Shown in pieces: positions 18,364 to 27,011 of a DNA stretch of 32,000 nucleotides. The stretch's first letter is position 1. Each line of letters starts with the position of its first letter. This DNA is from an uncultured Planctomycetia bacterium (GTDB lineage: Bacteria; Omnitrophota; Gorgyraeia; Duberdicusellales; 4484-171): contig CAZHYN010000010.1 in assembly GCA_964536865.1 (NCBI GenBank), positions 22,358 to 54,357 on the forward strand. The letters run 5' to 3'. Both the position numbers and the translations under genes were made by a program. A model generated the notes under the pieces. That model had not been told where the DNA came from. It saw only the letters and a list, made by a program, of their open reading frames with translations, and did no database searches.

Positions 18364-18715
18364 TAATAAACTCCTATTAGTTATAGAAGATGAGGAGGAA
18401 GCCAGAGACCTAATGGTGGGAATTATTAAAAGAAAAGGGGTTAGTGTATTAGAAACTGGTAAAGGTAAGGAGGCTATAGAACTCTACAGAAACTTTAAAC
18501 CTGATGGAGTAATTTTAGATCTTCATCTTCCTGATATAAAAGGAGAAGAGGTATTGAAAGAGATCAAAAATATCAACCCTGAAGCTAAAATCTATCTTAT
18601 CACAGGGACTGCCGACAGAATAGAAATCGAAGAAGCAACAAAATTAGGAGCAATTGGATATATTTCAAAACCTATTATGGTAGAGGAGCTCTTAAAGATA
18701 GTAGATTTTTTCTAA
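18350..18715 (+). CDS. single-domain response regulator (CheY-like receiver, no output domain)
   Basis: LLVIEDEEE acidic pocket, phospho-acceptor context VILDLHLPD, conserved T (ITGT) and K (SKP). 121 aa. The start overlaps the kinase stop by 14 nt. Confidence 0.9.
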   Translation: MKVHSNKLLLVIEDEEEARDLMVGIIKRKGVSVLETGKGKEAIELYRNFKPDGVILDLHLPDIKGEEVLKEIKNINPEAKIYLITGTADRIEIEEATKLGAIGYISKPIMVEELLKIVDFF

Positions 18716-18727
18716 GAAGGAGGGGAG

Positions 18728-18931
18728 ATGAAAAAAGGTATCCATCCTAAATATGATTATGCTATAATTTCCTGTGCTTGCGGTAATGTGATTCATACCC
18801 GTTCCACAAAAAAAACTATCAATGTAGAGATTTGCTCTAAATGTCACCCTTTCTTTACAGGGAAACAGAAATTTGTTGATTCTGAAGGAAGGGTGGAGAA
18901 ATTTTTAAGAAAGTATAAGAAAGAGAAGTAA
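18728..18931 (+). CDS. rpmE: 50S ribosomal protein L31, Zn-binding (C+) form, copy 2
   Basis: Identical to copy 1. SD GAAGGAGG upstream. Its stop TAA is followed directly by the prfA ATG. Confidence 0.95.
   Translation: MKKGIHPKYDYAIISCACGNVIHTRSTKKTINVEICSKCHPFFTGKQKFVDSEGRVEKFLRKYKKEK
18728..18931 (+). repeat. right copy of the 204-bp perfect direct repeat (whole rpmE CDS)
   Basis: 204/204 identity with 14269-14472. Confidence 0.95.
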
Positions 18932-20002
18932 ATGATTGATTTCAAAAAACTAAAGGAAGAATATAAGCAAATTTCCAAGAGGCTTTCTCTACCAGACATC
19001 TATAAAAATAAAGAAGAGTATCAGAAACTTAGCAAAAGATTCTCCTTTCTGGAGAAAGTAGTTTCTCTCATAAACGAAAGAGATGCGCTTCTCAAGGAGA
19101 AACAGGACCTAGAGAAGTTGCTTTCTTTGCAAGATGAAGATGAACAGATGAAGGTTTTGGCAGCACAAGAACTTTCTGAGGTTGAAGAAAAGATAAAGAA
19201 GGTAGAGGAGAAGATAGAGGAAAAGTTCTTTGAAGATACAGAAGAAGAAAGGGATATTATTGTAGAGATTAGAGCTGCTGCAGGGGGGGAGGAAGCAGCT
19301 CTGTTTGCTGGCGACCTTTTTAGAATGTACTCTCGCTATGTTGAAAAGAAAGGGTGGAAATTGGAAATCTTAAGTTCTCACCCTACTGAACTGGGAGGGT
19401 TTAAGGAGGTGATTTTTTCTGTTAAGGGTAAGAATTGTTTTTCTCATTTTAAATTTGAAAGTGGTGTACATCGTGTCCAGCGTATACCAGTAACTGAATC
19501 AGGAGGAAGAATTCATACCTCCACCGCTACCGTGGCTGTTTTAGTTGAACCTCAAGAGATAGAATTGAAAATAAATCCGGATGAATTAAAAATAGAGACT
19601 TTTAGAGCTTCCGGTCACGGCGGTCAACACGTAAATCGTACCGATTCAGCAGTAAGAATCACTCACTTACCTTCAGGGATTGTGGTAAGCTGTCAGGACG
19701 AGCGTTCCCAGATTAAAAATAGAGAGAAGGCAATGCGGGTTCTTAAGGCAAGATTGTTGGATAAGTTGGAAAGAGAACGCACTTTAAAAGTCACTCATCA
19801 ACGTAAAGTTCAAATTGGTACAGGGGAAAGGAGTGAAAAGATAAGAACTTATAACTTTCCTGAACGCCGGGTCACCGATCACAGGATAAATTTTACTATT
19901 TATCGGCTTAATGAAATTTTGGAAGGTAATTTAGATATTTTAGTTGATCCTCTGAAGAGAGAGGAGAAGAAAAAAATTTATGAAGCTAAGGGATTGGCTT
20001 AA
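18932..20002 (+). CDS. prfA: peptide chain release factor 1
   Basis: GGQHVN motif, RF1-type PVT tripeptide (RIPVTES) and a typical length of 356 aa. Confidence 0.95.
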   Translation: MIDFKKLKEEYKQISKRLSLPDIYKNKEEYQKLSKRFSFLEKVVSLINERDALLKEKQDLEKLLSLQDEDEQMKVLAAQELSEVEEKIKKVEEKIEEKFFEDTEEERDIIVEIRAAAGGEEAALFAGDLFRMYSRYVEKKGWKLEILSSHPTELGGFKEVIFSVKGKNCFSHFKFESGVHRVQRIPVTESGGRIHTSTATVAVLVEPQEIELKINPDELKIETFRASGHGGQHVNRTDSAVRITHLPSGIVVSCQDERSQIKNREKAMRVLKARLLDKLERERTLKVTHQRKVQIGTGERSEKIRTYNFPERRVTDHRINFTIYRLNEILEGNLDILVDPLKREEKKKIYEAKGLA

Positions 20003-20801
20003 GGTAAATAAAGAGTTTTTTTTAGAGGGGGACTTAAGGTATCTAATGAGGAATTTATATCCTCAAGTTCCTTCTTTTTATTTTGAATTAGATAGTTATT
20101 TAGATAGTGATAGATTGGCCTACTTAGATAGAGTGAAGACTCTCTACATCAAGGGAATACCCTTAGCTTATATTTTAGGAAAGGAAGAATTTTTTGGTTT
20201 AGAGTTTATTATTTCTCAAGATTGTTTTATTCCCAGGAAAGAGACGGAGCTGATAGTGGAGGAGGCGATAAAATTAATTAAAGAGTGCTCTTTTAGGTAC
20301 GTTTTAGACTTAGGATGTGGATGTGGCAATATCGCTATCAGCATAAAGAAGAATGTTAAGAGTGACGATGTTATAGTGTTTGCTTCAGATATAAGTTATA
20401 AAGCTCTTTGCATAGCTAAAAAGAATCTCTCCCTTCATAGGTTAGATATTCCCTTAATAAGGACCGATCTTTTAGCAGGATTTAGAAAGGCCTCCTTGGA
20501 TATGATTGTGACTAATCCTCCCTATGTAGAAGAAGGATATATCCACGGTTCTCTTTTATATGAACCTCGTATTGCTCTGCAGGCTTCTGAGGGAGGGTTG
20601 TTTTTCATAAAGAAGATACTATTGGAGGCGCATTACTATCTTAAAGAAGAGGGGTATCTTATTTTAGAGATACCTTCCTACCATAAGGACTTTTTAGAGA
20701 AGTTTGTTGTTAACCTCAAAACTTATCAATTTGTGGAATGGATAAAGGATTATTCTAACCTTTTTAGAGGTCTCATTTTGCGAGTTAGAAAATATGGATA
20801 A
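19980..20801 (+). CDS. prmC: release factor glutamine N5-methyltransferase
   Basis: SAM-binding [11 protein letters not shown] and the catalytic NPPY motif. Sits in the conserved position after prfA. Confidence 0.9.
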   Translation: MKLRDWLKVNKEFFLEGDLRYLMRNLYPQVPSFYFELDSYLDSDRLAYLDRVKTLYIKGIPLAYILGKEEFFGLEFIISQDCFIPRKETELIVEEAIKLIKECSFRYVLDLGCGCGNIAISIKKNVKSDDVIVFASDISYKALCIAKKNLSLHRLDIPLIRTDLLAGFRKASLDMIVTNPPYVEEGYIHGSLLYEPRIALQASEGGLFFIKKILLEAHYYLKEEGYLILEIPSYHKDFLEKFVVNLKTYQFVEWIKDYSNLFRGLILRVRKYG

Positions 20802-22050
20802 ATTTATAATCTGGAATTCCTCATTAAAGGGAGAAGTAGAAGTGAGTGGTTCAAAGAACGCTTCCTTGCCTATTATGGCTGCTACTCTTTTGACTGATGA
20901 GGAGTGTCGAATTTCAGGAGTTCCTAACTTAAGAGATGTTCATACAATGATAAAGATTTTGGAGGGATTGGGCAAGGATGTTGAGTTTCAAGATGGGACG
21001 TTAATAGTTAAGTCAAAAAAGAGTAGAAGTTATACTGCTCCTTATCCTTTGGTGAGGACAATGAGGGCTTCTTTTTGTGTTTTAGGCCCTCTTCTTGCTA
21101 AACGGAGAAAAGCAAAGGTTTCTCTTCCTGGAGGATGTGTGATTGGGCCCAGACCTGTAGATTTACATATTAAGGGGTTAAGAGAACTGGGGGCTAATAT
21201 AAAGATAGAGAGGGGTTACTGTTTAGCAGAGGCTAAATCCCTTAGTGGTCGTCACATATTTTTAGGTGGCGAGTTTGGTCCTTCGGTACTGGCTACTGCT
21301 AACATTCTAATGGCTTCTACTCTGGCTAAAGGAGAGACAGTTATAGAATCTTGTGCTTGTGAGCCAGAGATAGTAGATTTATCTTTTTTCTTAAAGAAAA
21401 TGGGAGCAGAGATTATTGGAGAAGGCACGCCTTTGATCAGGGTTAGAGGGAAGAGGAGTCTGGGAGGAGCAGAATTTACTGTGATTCCTGACCGAATTGA
21501 AGCAGGCACTTTCCTTGCTGTTAGTTTAGCTACGCATTCTCCTCTTACTATAAAAAATACCAACCCCTTACATCTTACTTCAGTAATAGAGGTAGCTAAA
21601 AAAATGGGAGCTAGCGTGAAAATAAATAGTGATTCTTTATCTATTAGTCCCCCTTCTTACATCAAGCCAGTGAGCATTACTACCTTACCTTATCCCGGTT
21701 TTCCTACTGACCTGCAAGCTCAATTTATGGTCCCTTTAAGCTTAGCAAAAGGAGTATCCTTAGTTACCGAAAAGGTTTTTCCCGATAGATTTATGCATGT
21801 GGCAGAGTTGAATCGTATGGGAGCAAAGATTTCCCGTAATGGCCCCTATGCTATAATTGAAGGGGTAAGATCTCTTTACGGAGCAGAGGTGATGGCTTCA
21901 GATTTGCGAGCCTCAGCTGCTCTGGTGATTGCTGGATTAGCTGCACAGGGCAAAACCGAAGTTTTAAGAATTTATCATCTTGACCGGGGATATTCTCACT
22001 TGGAGGAGAAACTAAAAAAGTTAGGAGCGAAAATAAAAAGAGAGAGATAA
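20794..22050 (+). CDS. murA: UDP-N-acetylglucosamine 1-carboxyvinyltransferase
   Basis: EPSP-synthase fold (SGSKNASLPIMAA), active-site Cys in LPGGCVIGPRPVDLH, and a C-terminal LDRGY motif. Confidence 0.95.
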   Translation: MDKFIIWNSSLKGEVEVSGSKNASLPIMAATLLTDEECRISGVPNLRDVHTMIKILEGLGKDVEFQDGTLIVKSKKSRSYTAPYPLVRTMRASFCVLGPLLAKRRKAKVSLPGGCVIGPRPVDLHIKGLRELGANIKIERGYCLAEAKSLSGRHIFLGGEFGPSVLATANILMASTLAKGETVIESCACEPEIVDLSFFLKKMGAEIIGEGTPLIRVRGKRSLGGAEFTVIPDRIEAGTFLAVSLATHSPLTIKNTNPLHLTSVIEVAKKMGASVKINSDSLSISPPSYIKPVSITTLPYPGFPTDLQAQFMVPLSLAKGVSLVTEKVFPDRFMHVAELNRMGAKISRNGPYAIIEGVRSLYGAEVMASDLRASAALVIAGLAAQGKTEVLRIYHLDRGYSHLEEKLKKLGAKIKRER

Positions 22051-22613
22051 TGGTCTTAGTTATAGATAATTACGACTCTTTTACCTATAATCTTGTGCAG
22101 TATCTGGAAGAATTAGGGCAAGAGGTTTTAGTATACCGTAATGATAAGATAACTCTAGATAAGATTAAGAAGCTAAATCCTGACCGCATAGTTATCTCTC
22201 CTGGTCCGGGAACGCCACTTTCGGCAGGGATAAGCTGTGAGCTTATTAAGAACTTCTATCGGCATCTTCCTATCTTAGGCGTTTGTTTAGGACATCAGTG
22301 CATTGGTTATGTGTTTGGAGCTAAGATTGTAAGAGCACCTAAGATAATGCACGGCAAAGTTTCCCTTATTTATCATGATGGGAAAAAGTTATTTAAAGGA
22401 GTAAAGAATCCTTTTTTGGCTACACGCTACCACTCTTTGATAATTGATAGAAAGACTCTTCCTTCTAATTTAATAGTGAATGCTTCTACAGAAGATGGTA
22501 TAATAATGGGAGTAAAAGAAAGACATTTCTCCTTATGGGGAGTTCAGTTTCATCCCGAATCAATATTGACTGAGGAGGGCAAAAAGATTTTAAAGAACTT
22601 CTTAAGCTTATGA
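22050..22613 (+). CDS. trpG: anthranilate synthase component II / aminodeoxychorismate synthase glutamine amidotransferase
   Basis: Class I GATase: IDNYDSFTYNL, the catalytic GVCLGHQ, and HPES. The start shares one base with the murA stop (TAATG). Confidence 0.9.
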   Translation: MVLVIDNYDSFTYNLVQYLEELGQEVLVYRNDKITLDKIKKLNPDRIVISPGPGTPLSAGISCELIKNFYRHLPILGVCLGHQCIGYVFGAKIVRAPKIMHGKVSLIYHDGKKLFKGVKNPFLATRYHSLIIDRKTLPSNLIVNASTEDGIIMGVKERHFSLWGVQFHPESILTEEGKKILKNFLSL

Positions 22614-23623
22614 TTAAAGAAGCCATTGCTAAGCTTATAGAGAATAAGGATCTGGCACCTGAAGAAACTCGGAAGGTATTTAAAGAGATTTTTGAAAAGA
22701 GAGCTACCCCTTCTCAGATTTCTGCTTTTTTAGTAGCTTTGAAAAAGAAAGGGGAGACCTATCAAGAGATTTCTTCTGCTGCTAAGGTTATAAGAGAAAA
22801 GGCTAAGAGAGTGAAAATTAATCGTAACAGGCCTCTTTTAGATACTTGTGGTACAGGAGGTTCTAAAACTAACAAGTTTAACATCTCCACTGCTGTAGCC
22901 TTTGTGGTTGCTTCTGCAGGAATTAGGGTAGCTAAACACGGCAACCGGGGAGTTTCTTCCCGCTGCGGGAGTGCTGATGTTTTGGAGGCTTTAGGGATAG
23001 ACCTAACTTTACCTTCATCTACTATGGAAGAGGCATTAAGAAAGATAGGTATAGCTTTTCTCTATGCTCCTCTATACCACTCTAGTTTTGCAGTAGTAGC
23101 TCCTATAAGAAGAGAAATAGGTATCATTACTATATTTAATATTTTAGGTCCACTCTGTAACCCTGGTTTTCCTACCCATCAGCTCTTAGGAGTCTTCTCT
23201 CCTGACTTAGTCCTCAAATTAGCTAATGCCTTAGGAGTTTTGGGAGTTAGACGTGCCTTTGTGGTTTATGGGGAGGATATAAAAGATGAGATTTCTCTTA
23301 CAGGGAAAACTTTAGTTGGTTTTTTAGATAAGAAAAGAGTTAGAAAGCTTTATCTATCTCCTTCTTCTTTTGGACTAAGAAGATGCACTTTAAAGGATTT
23401 GCAGGTAAATAATGTTGAGGAAAGTGCAAGAGTAATTTTAGATGTCTTTGCAGGAAAAGGAGGAGCTCCTCAAGATATTGTTTTGGCTAATGCTAGTGCC
23501 TGCTTTTACATTCTTAACCGGGTAAAAAACTTGAAAGAAGGAGTAGAGTTAGCTAAAAGTTTAATTATACAAGGAAAAGTTAAAGAAAAGTTTTCTGCCT
23601 TTAAGGATTTTCTAACAAGATGA
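22610..23623 (+). CDS. trpD: anthranilate phosphoribosyltransferase
   Basis: DTCGTGGS, KHGNRGVSS.CGSADVLEALG and FLYAPLYH motifs. Confidence 0.93.
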   Translation: MIKEAIAKLIENKDLAPEETRKVFKEIFEKRATPSQISAFLVALKKKGETYQEISSAAKVIREKAKRVKINRNRPLLDTCGTGGSKTNKFNISTAVAFVVASAGIRVAKHGNRGVSSRCGSADVLEALGIDLTLPSSTMEEALRKIGIAFLYAPLYHSSFAVVAPIRREIGIITIFNILGPLCNPGFPTHQLLGVFSPDLVLKLANALGVLGVRRAFVVYGEDIKDEISLTGKTLVGFLDKKRVRKLYLSPSSFGLRRCTLKDLQVNNVEESARVILDVFAGKGGAPQDIVLANASACFYILNRVKNLKEGVELAKSLIIQGKVKEKFSAFKDFLTR

Positions 23624-24402
23624 GTGAAAATATCTTATCTTTGATATTAGAGGCTAAGAAAAAGAAAGTGGCTATTCTTAAGAAGAATAGAGAAGGGATT
23701 CTTTCTCTTCTTAAGAGAGCTCCTCACATTCGTTCATTTAAAGAGGCAATAGAGCGTGAGAATAAGATTTCTATAATTGCTGAGATAAAACAAGCCTCTC
23801 CTTCTGCAGGAATAATTAGAAAAGATTTCTCTCCACAGGAGTTAGCTAAAAAATTGGAGAAAGGAGGAGCTTCGGCTTTATCGGTTCTTACCGAAGAAGA
23901 ATTCTTCTTAGGTAAGCCAACCTATATTGAAGAAGTAAAGAAAGTAGTAAATCTGCCTATCTTGAGAAAGGACTTTATTATTGATGAGATTCAGGTGTTA
24001 GAATCGAGAGCTTTAGGCGCTGATGCCATTCTTCTTATTATGCATATTATTGATGAGAATAAATTTAAGAGACTCTATGAGCTTGCTAATAATTTAGGTA
24101 TGGATGTTTTAGTGGAGGTTCATACCGAGAAAGAGTTAAAGAAGATATTAAAATTTTCTGTAGAGATTATTGGAATAAATAACCGTAATCTTCACACTAT
24201 GAAGATAGATATAGAAAGGACAATGAAATTAAGTCCTTTTATCCCTTCAGGAGTAGTTACCATAAGCGAAAGTGGGATTAGCTCCCTTAAGGATATTCTT
24301 TTCTTAAAAGGGCTGGGGATAAATGCTGCTTTAGTGGGAGAAGCACTTATGAGAGAGATGGATGTAGAAGCTAAGTTAAAAGAGTTAAATATAGATGGTT
24401 AA
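23620..24402 (+). CDS. trpC: indole-3-glycerol phosphate synthase
   Basis: IAEIKQASPSAG, LSVLTEEEFF.G, LRKDFI and INNRNL motifs. Confidence 0.93.
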   Translation: MSENILSLILEAKKKKVAILKKNREGILSLLKRAPHIRSFKEAIERENKISIIAEIKQASPSAGIIRKDFSPQELAKKLEKGGASALSVLTEEEFFLGKPTYIEEVKKVVNLPILRKDFIIDEIQVLESRALGADAILLIMHIIDENKFKRLYELANNLGMDVLVEVHTEKELKKILKFSVEIIGINNRNLHTMKIDIERTMKLSPFIPSGVVTISESGISSLKDILFLKGLGINAALVGEALMREMDVEAKLKELNIDG

Positions 24403-25033
24403 GGTTAAAATATGTGGCATTACCAATTTAGAGGACGCTTTAGCCTGTTCTCAACTGGGAGCAGATGCTTTAGGGTTCATATTTGCTAAAGTTAGCCCTC
24501 GCTACATTTCTCCTCTTAAAGCTAAGCAGATAGTAAGAAAGTTAGATCCTTTTATAACTAAAGTCGGTGTATTTGTTGATGAAGACAGAGTCCAGGTTTT
24601 AAGGATAGCCAAAGAAGTAGGTTTAAATGTTCTTCAGTTTCATGGTAGAGAATCTATCCACTTCTGTAAGTTTTTTCTATCCCATTTTAAAGTAATCAAG
24701 GCAATATTTCCCCAAGAGGCATCTTCTTTAAGTTTGGAGAATATAGTTAAGTTTGGGGTTGATGGTTACCTTTTTGATGTATCCTGGTATAAGAAATTAG
24801 AGGGGAAAAGGCAACTTAAGAAAAGTATTATTAAAAAATTGGCTAAGTTCACTTCTAAGATTTCCTTAATTCTCTCTGGGGGACTTAACCCTCATAATAT
24901 AGAGGATATCCTAAAAGTAATAAGGCCTTATGCAGTAGATGTAGCTAGTGGCGTAGAAAGTATAGTTGGGAAGAAAGATATAGATAAGGTAAGAGAGTTT
25001 ATCAGGAAGGTAAAACTCTATGAAGCTACCTGA
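24395..25033 (+). CDS. trpF: phosphoribosylanthranilate isomerase
   Basis: VKICGIT start, QFHG, and a C-terminal DVASGVE motif. Confidence 0.9.
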   Translation: MVKVKICGITNLEDALACSQLGADALGFIFAKVSPRYISPLKAKQIVRKLDPFITKVGVFVDEDRVQVLRIAKEVGLNVLQFHGRESIHFCKFFLSHFKVIKAIFPQEASSLSLENIVKFGVDGYLFDVSWYKKLEGKRQLKKSIIKKLAKFTSKISLILSGGLNPHNIEDILKVIRPYAVDVASGVESIVGKKDIDKVREFIRKVKLYEAT

Positions 25034-26192
25034 TAGGAAAGGATATTTTGGGGAATTTGGAGGCAAATTCGTTCCAGAGACTCTCTGTTGGTGTTTAAAA
25101 GAATTAGAAGATGCTTACTTCCGAGTAAAAAAAGATAGAAGATTTGTTAAAGAGCTATATTTTTATCTCCGAGAGTATGCAGGAAGGCCTACTCCTTTAT
25201 ATTTTGCTAAAAGGTTAAGCAAGTATCTGGGGATTAAGGTTTATTTAAAGAGAGAAGACCTTCTCCATACAGGGGCTCATAAGATAAACAATACTATAGG
25301 GCAGGCGCTTTTAGCGAAGTATATGGGTAAAAGGAGGATAATTGCTGAAACTGGCGCAGGTCAGCATGGAGTAGCTACCGCCACAGTGGCTACTCTCTTT
25401 GGGTTTAAATGTGATATATATATGGGAGAAGAGGATATAAAGAGACAAAAGATGAATGTGTTCAGGATGAAGATATTAGGAGCCAGGGTTTGCCCTGTAA
25501 AGAGTGGATCCAAGACTTTAAAAGACGCCTGTAATGAAGCGATAAGAGATTGGGTAACTAACGTAAAAGATACTTACTATCTCCTTGGTTCAGTAGTAGG
25601 ACCTCACCCTTATCCTCTAATAGTTAGAGACTTTCAATCAGTAATTGGTCGAGAATCTAAATCTCAGATTCTGAAAAAAGAAGGTCGTCTCCCTGATTAC
25701 TTAGTTGCCTGTGTAGGAGGAGGTTCTAATGCCATTGGGTTGTTCCATCCTTTCTTTAAGGATAAGAAAGTAAAGTTTATTGGAGTGGAGGCAGGAGGAT
25801 TGGGACTTTCCTCTCTTAATGCTGCTAGCTTAGTTAAAGGCAGTATAGGGGTTCTCCATGGGGCTAAGTCGTTTGTTCTTCAGGATAAGTTTGGGCAGAT
25901 AGAGAATACTCATTCTGTAGCTCCTGGTTTAGATTATCCTGGTGTAGGACCCGAACATGCTTTCTACAAGAAGATAGGTAGAGCTAGGTATGTGGTAGTA
26001 GATGATAATAAAGCTCTCCAAGGTTTTAAACTCTTAAGTGAACTAGAAGGAATAATTCCTGCTTTAGAGCCTGCTCACGCTCTTTACTACCTTAAAGAGA
26101 TTGCTAAGAGAAAGAAGAATAGTTTAGTAATTCTATGTCTTTCGGGAAGGGGAGATAAAGACTTAGATATTGTGAGGAAATGGGGAAGCTAG
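25020..26192 (+). CDS. trpB: tryptophan synthase beta chain
   Basis: GEFGG.FVPE, the PLP-lysine motif HTGAHKINN, and GGGSNAIG. Confidence 0.95.
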   Translation: MKLPDRKGYFGEFGGKFVPETLCWCLKELEDAYFRVKKDRRFVKELYFYLREYAGRPTPLYFAKRLSKYLGIKVYLKREDLLHTGAHKINNTIGQALLAKYMGKRRIIAETGAGQHGVATATVATLFGFKCDIYMGEEDIKRQKMNVFRMKILGARVCPVKSGSKTLKDACNEAIRDWVTNVKDTYYLLGSVVGPHPYPLIVRDFQSVIGRESKSQILKKEGRLPDYLVACVGGGSNAIGLFHPFFKDKKVKFIGVEAGGLGLSSLNAASLVKGSIGVLHGAKSFVLQDKFGQIENTHSVAPGLDYPGVGPEHAFYKKIGRARYVVVDDNKALQGFKLLSELEGIIPALEPAHALYYLKEIAKRKKNSLVILCLSGRGDKDLDIVRKWGS

Positions 26193-26965
26193 AAGCTTAT
26201 TTCAATAAGTTAGAGAAAGATAATAAGAAGGCATTTATTGTTTATGTACCTTTTGGTTTTCCTACTATCGAATTAAGCAAGAGAATAATTAAGCTCTTGT
26301 CTACCTTAAAAGTAGATCTAATTGAAATAGGTTTACCTTTCTCTGATCCTTTAGCTGATGGTCCTATAATTGAAAAAGCAACACAGATAGCTTTAAGAGA
26401 AGGAGCGACTCCAGAGGCTCTTTTTACTTCTCTTAAAAACTTGGTCCCTGTTCTTTCTGTTCCTGTAGTGATTCTAAGTTACTATAATCCTATTTATGTT
26501 TTTGGCGTGAGGAAATTTTTAAAAGGATGTAGAGAAATAGGAGTAGCAGGGGTTATGATTGTGGATTTGCCTGTAGAGGAAGCTACTCTCTACATAAAAG
26601 AAGCTAGAAAATTAGATTTGGATACTGTATTTTTTGTTACCCCTACTACCGAGGAGAAAAGAGCAGAGAGGATAATGGAAGTTTCCAGAGGATTTGTTTA
26701 CTATATTTCCGTCACAGGGATAACCGGACCCAAGGATTTATCTCCAACAAAGATATTAGCCAATATTAGAAAGTTGAAAAGAATAAGAAACATCCCTATA
26801 TGTGTTGGCTTTGGTATTCATAGAAAAAGTCAAGTAAAGAAAATTTTAAATGGTTGTGAGGGGATAATTGTAGGTAGTGCAATAGTAAACTATATTGCCA
26901 AATATTCCAAAGACAAAAATTTTTTTAAAAAATTACCTTCTTATATAAGAAGATTCTATGTTTAA
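26180..26965 (+). CDS. trpA: tryptophan synthase alpha chain
   Basis: [28 protein letters not shown] and GFGI motifs. Confidence 0.93.
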   Translation: MGKLEAYFNKLEKDNKKAFIVYVPFGFPTIELSKRIIKLLSTLKVDLIEIGLPFSDPLADGPIIEKATQIALREGATPEALFTSLKNLVPVLSVPVVILSYYNPIYVFGVRKFLKGCREIGVAGVMIVDLPVEEATLYIKEARKLDLDTVFFVTPTTEEKRAERIMEVSRGFVYYISVTGITGPKDLSPTKILANIRKLKRIRNIPICVGFGIHRKSQVKKILNGCEGIIVGSAIVNYIAKYSKDKNFFKKLPSYIRRFYV

Positions 26966-27011
26966 CCCAAAATTTGCGCCAGAGTTTTGAAAAGCTTCCT
27001 AACTATTCAAA

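Noticed and set aside
14269-18931. Classical integrative element (integrase plus att sites) or transposon as the origin of the rpmE-bracketed cassette
   Set aside because: No recombinase, transposase, tRNA target, inverted repeats or short target-site duplication are visible. The repeat is a gene-sized 204 bp, which fits homologous recombination better than site-specific or transpositional recombination.
21950-22060. trp leader peptide, attenuator or T-box upstream of trpG
   Set aside because: The murA stop and trpG start share a base (TAATG), so there is no non-coding space for such an element.
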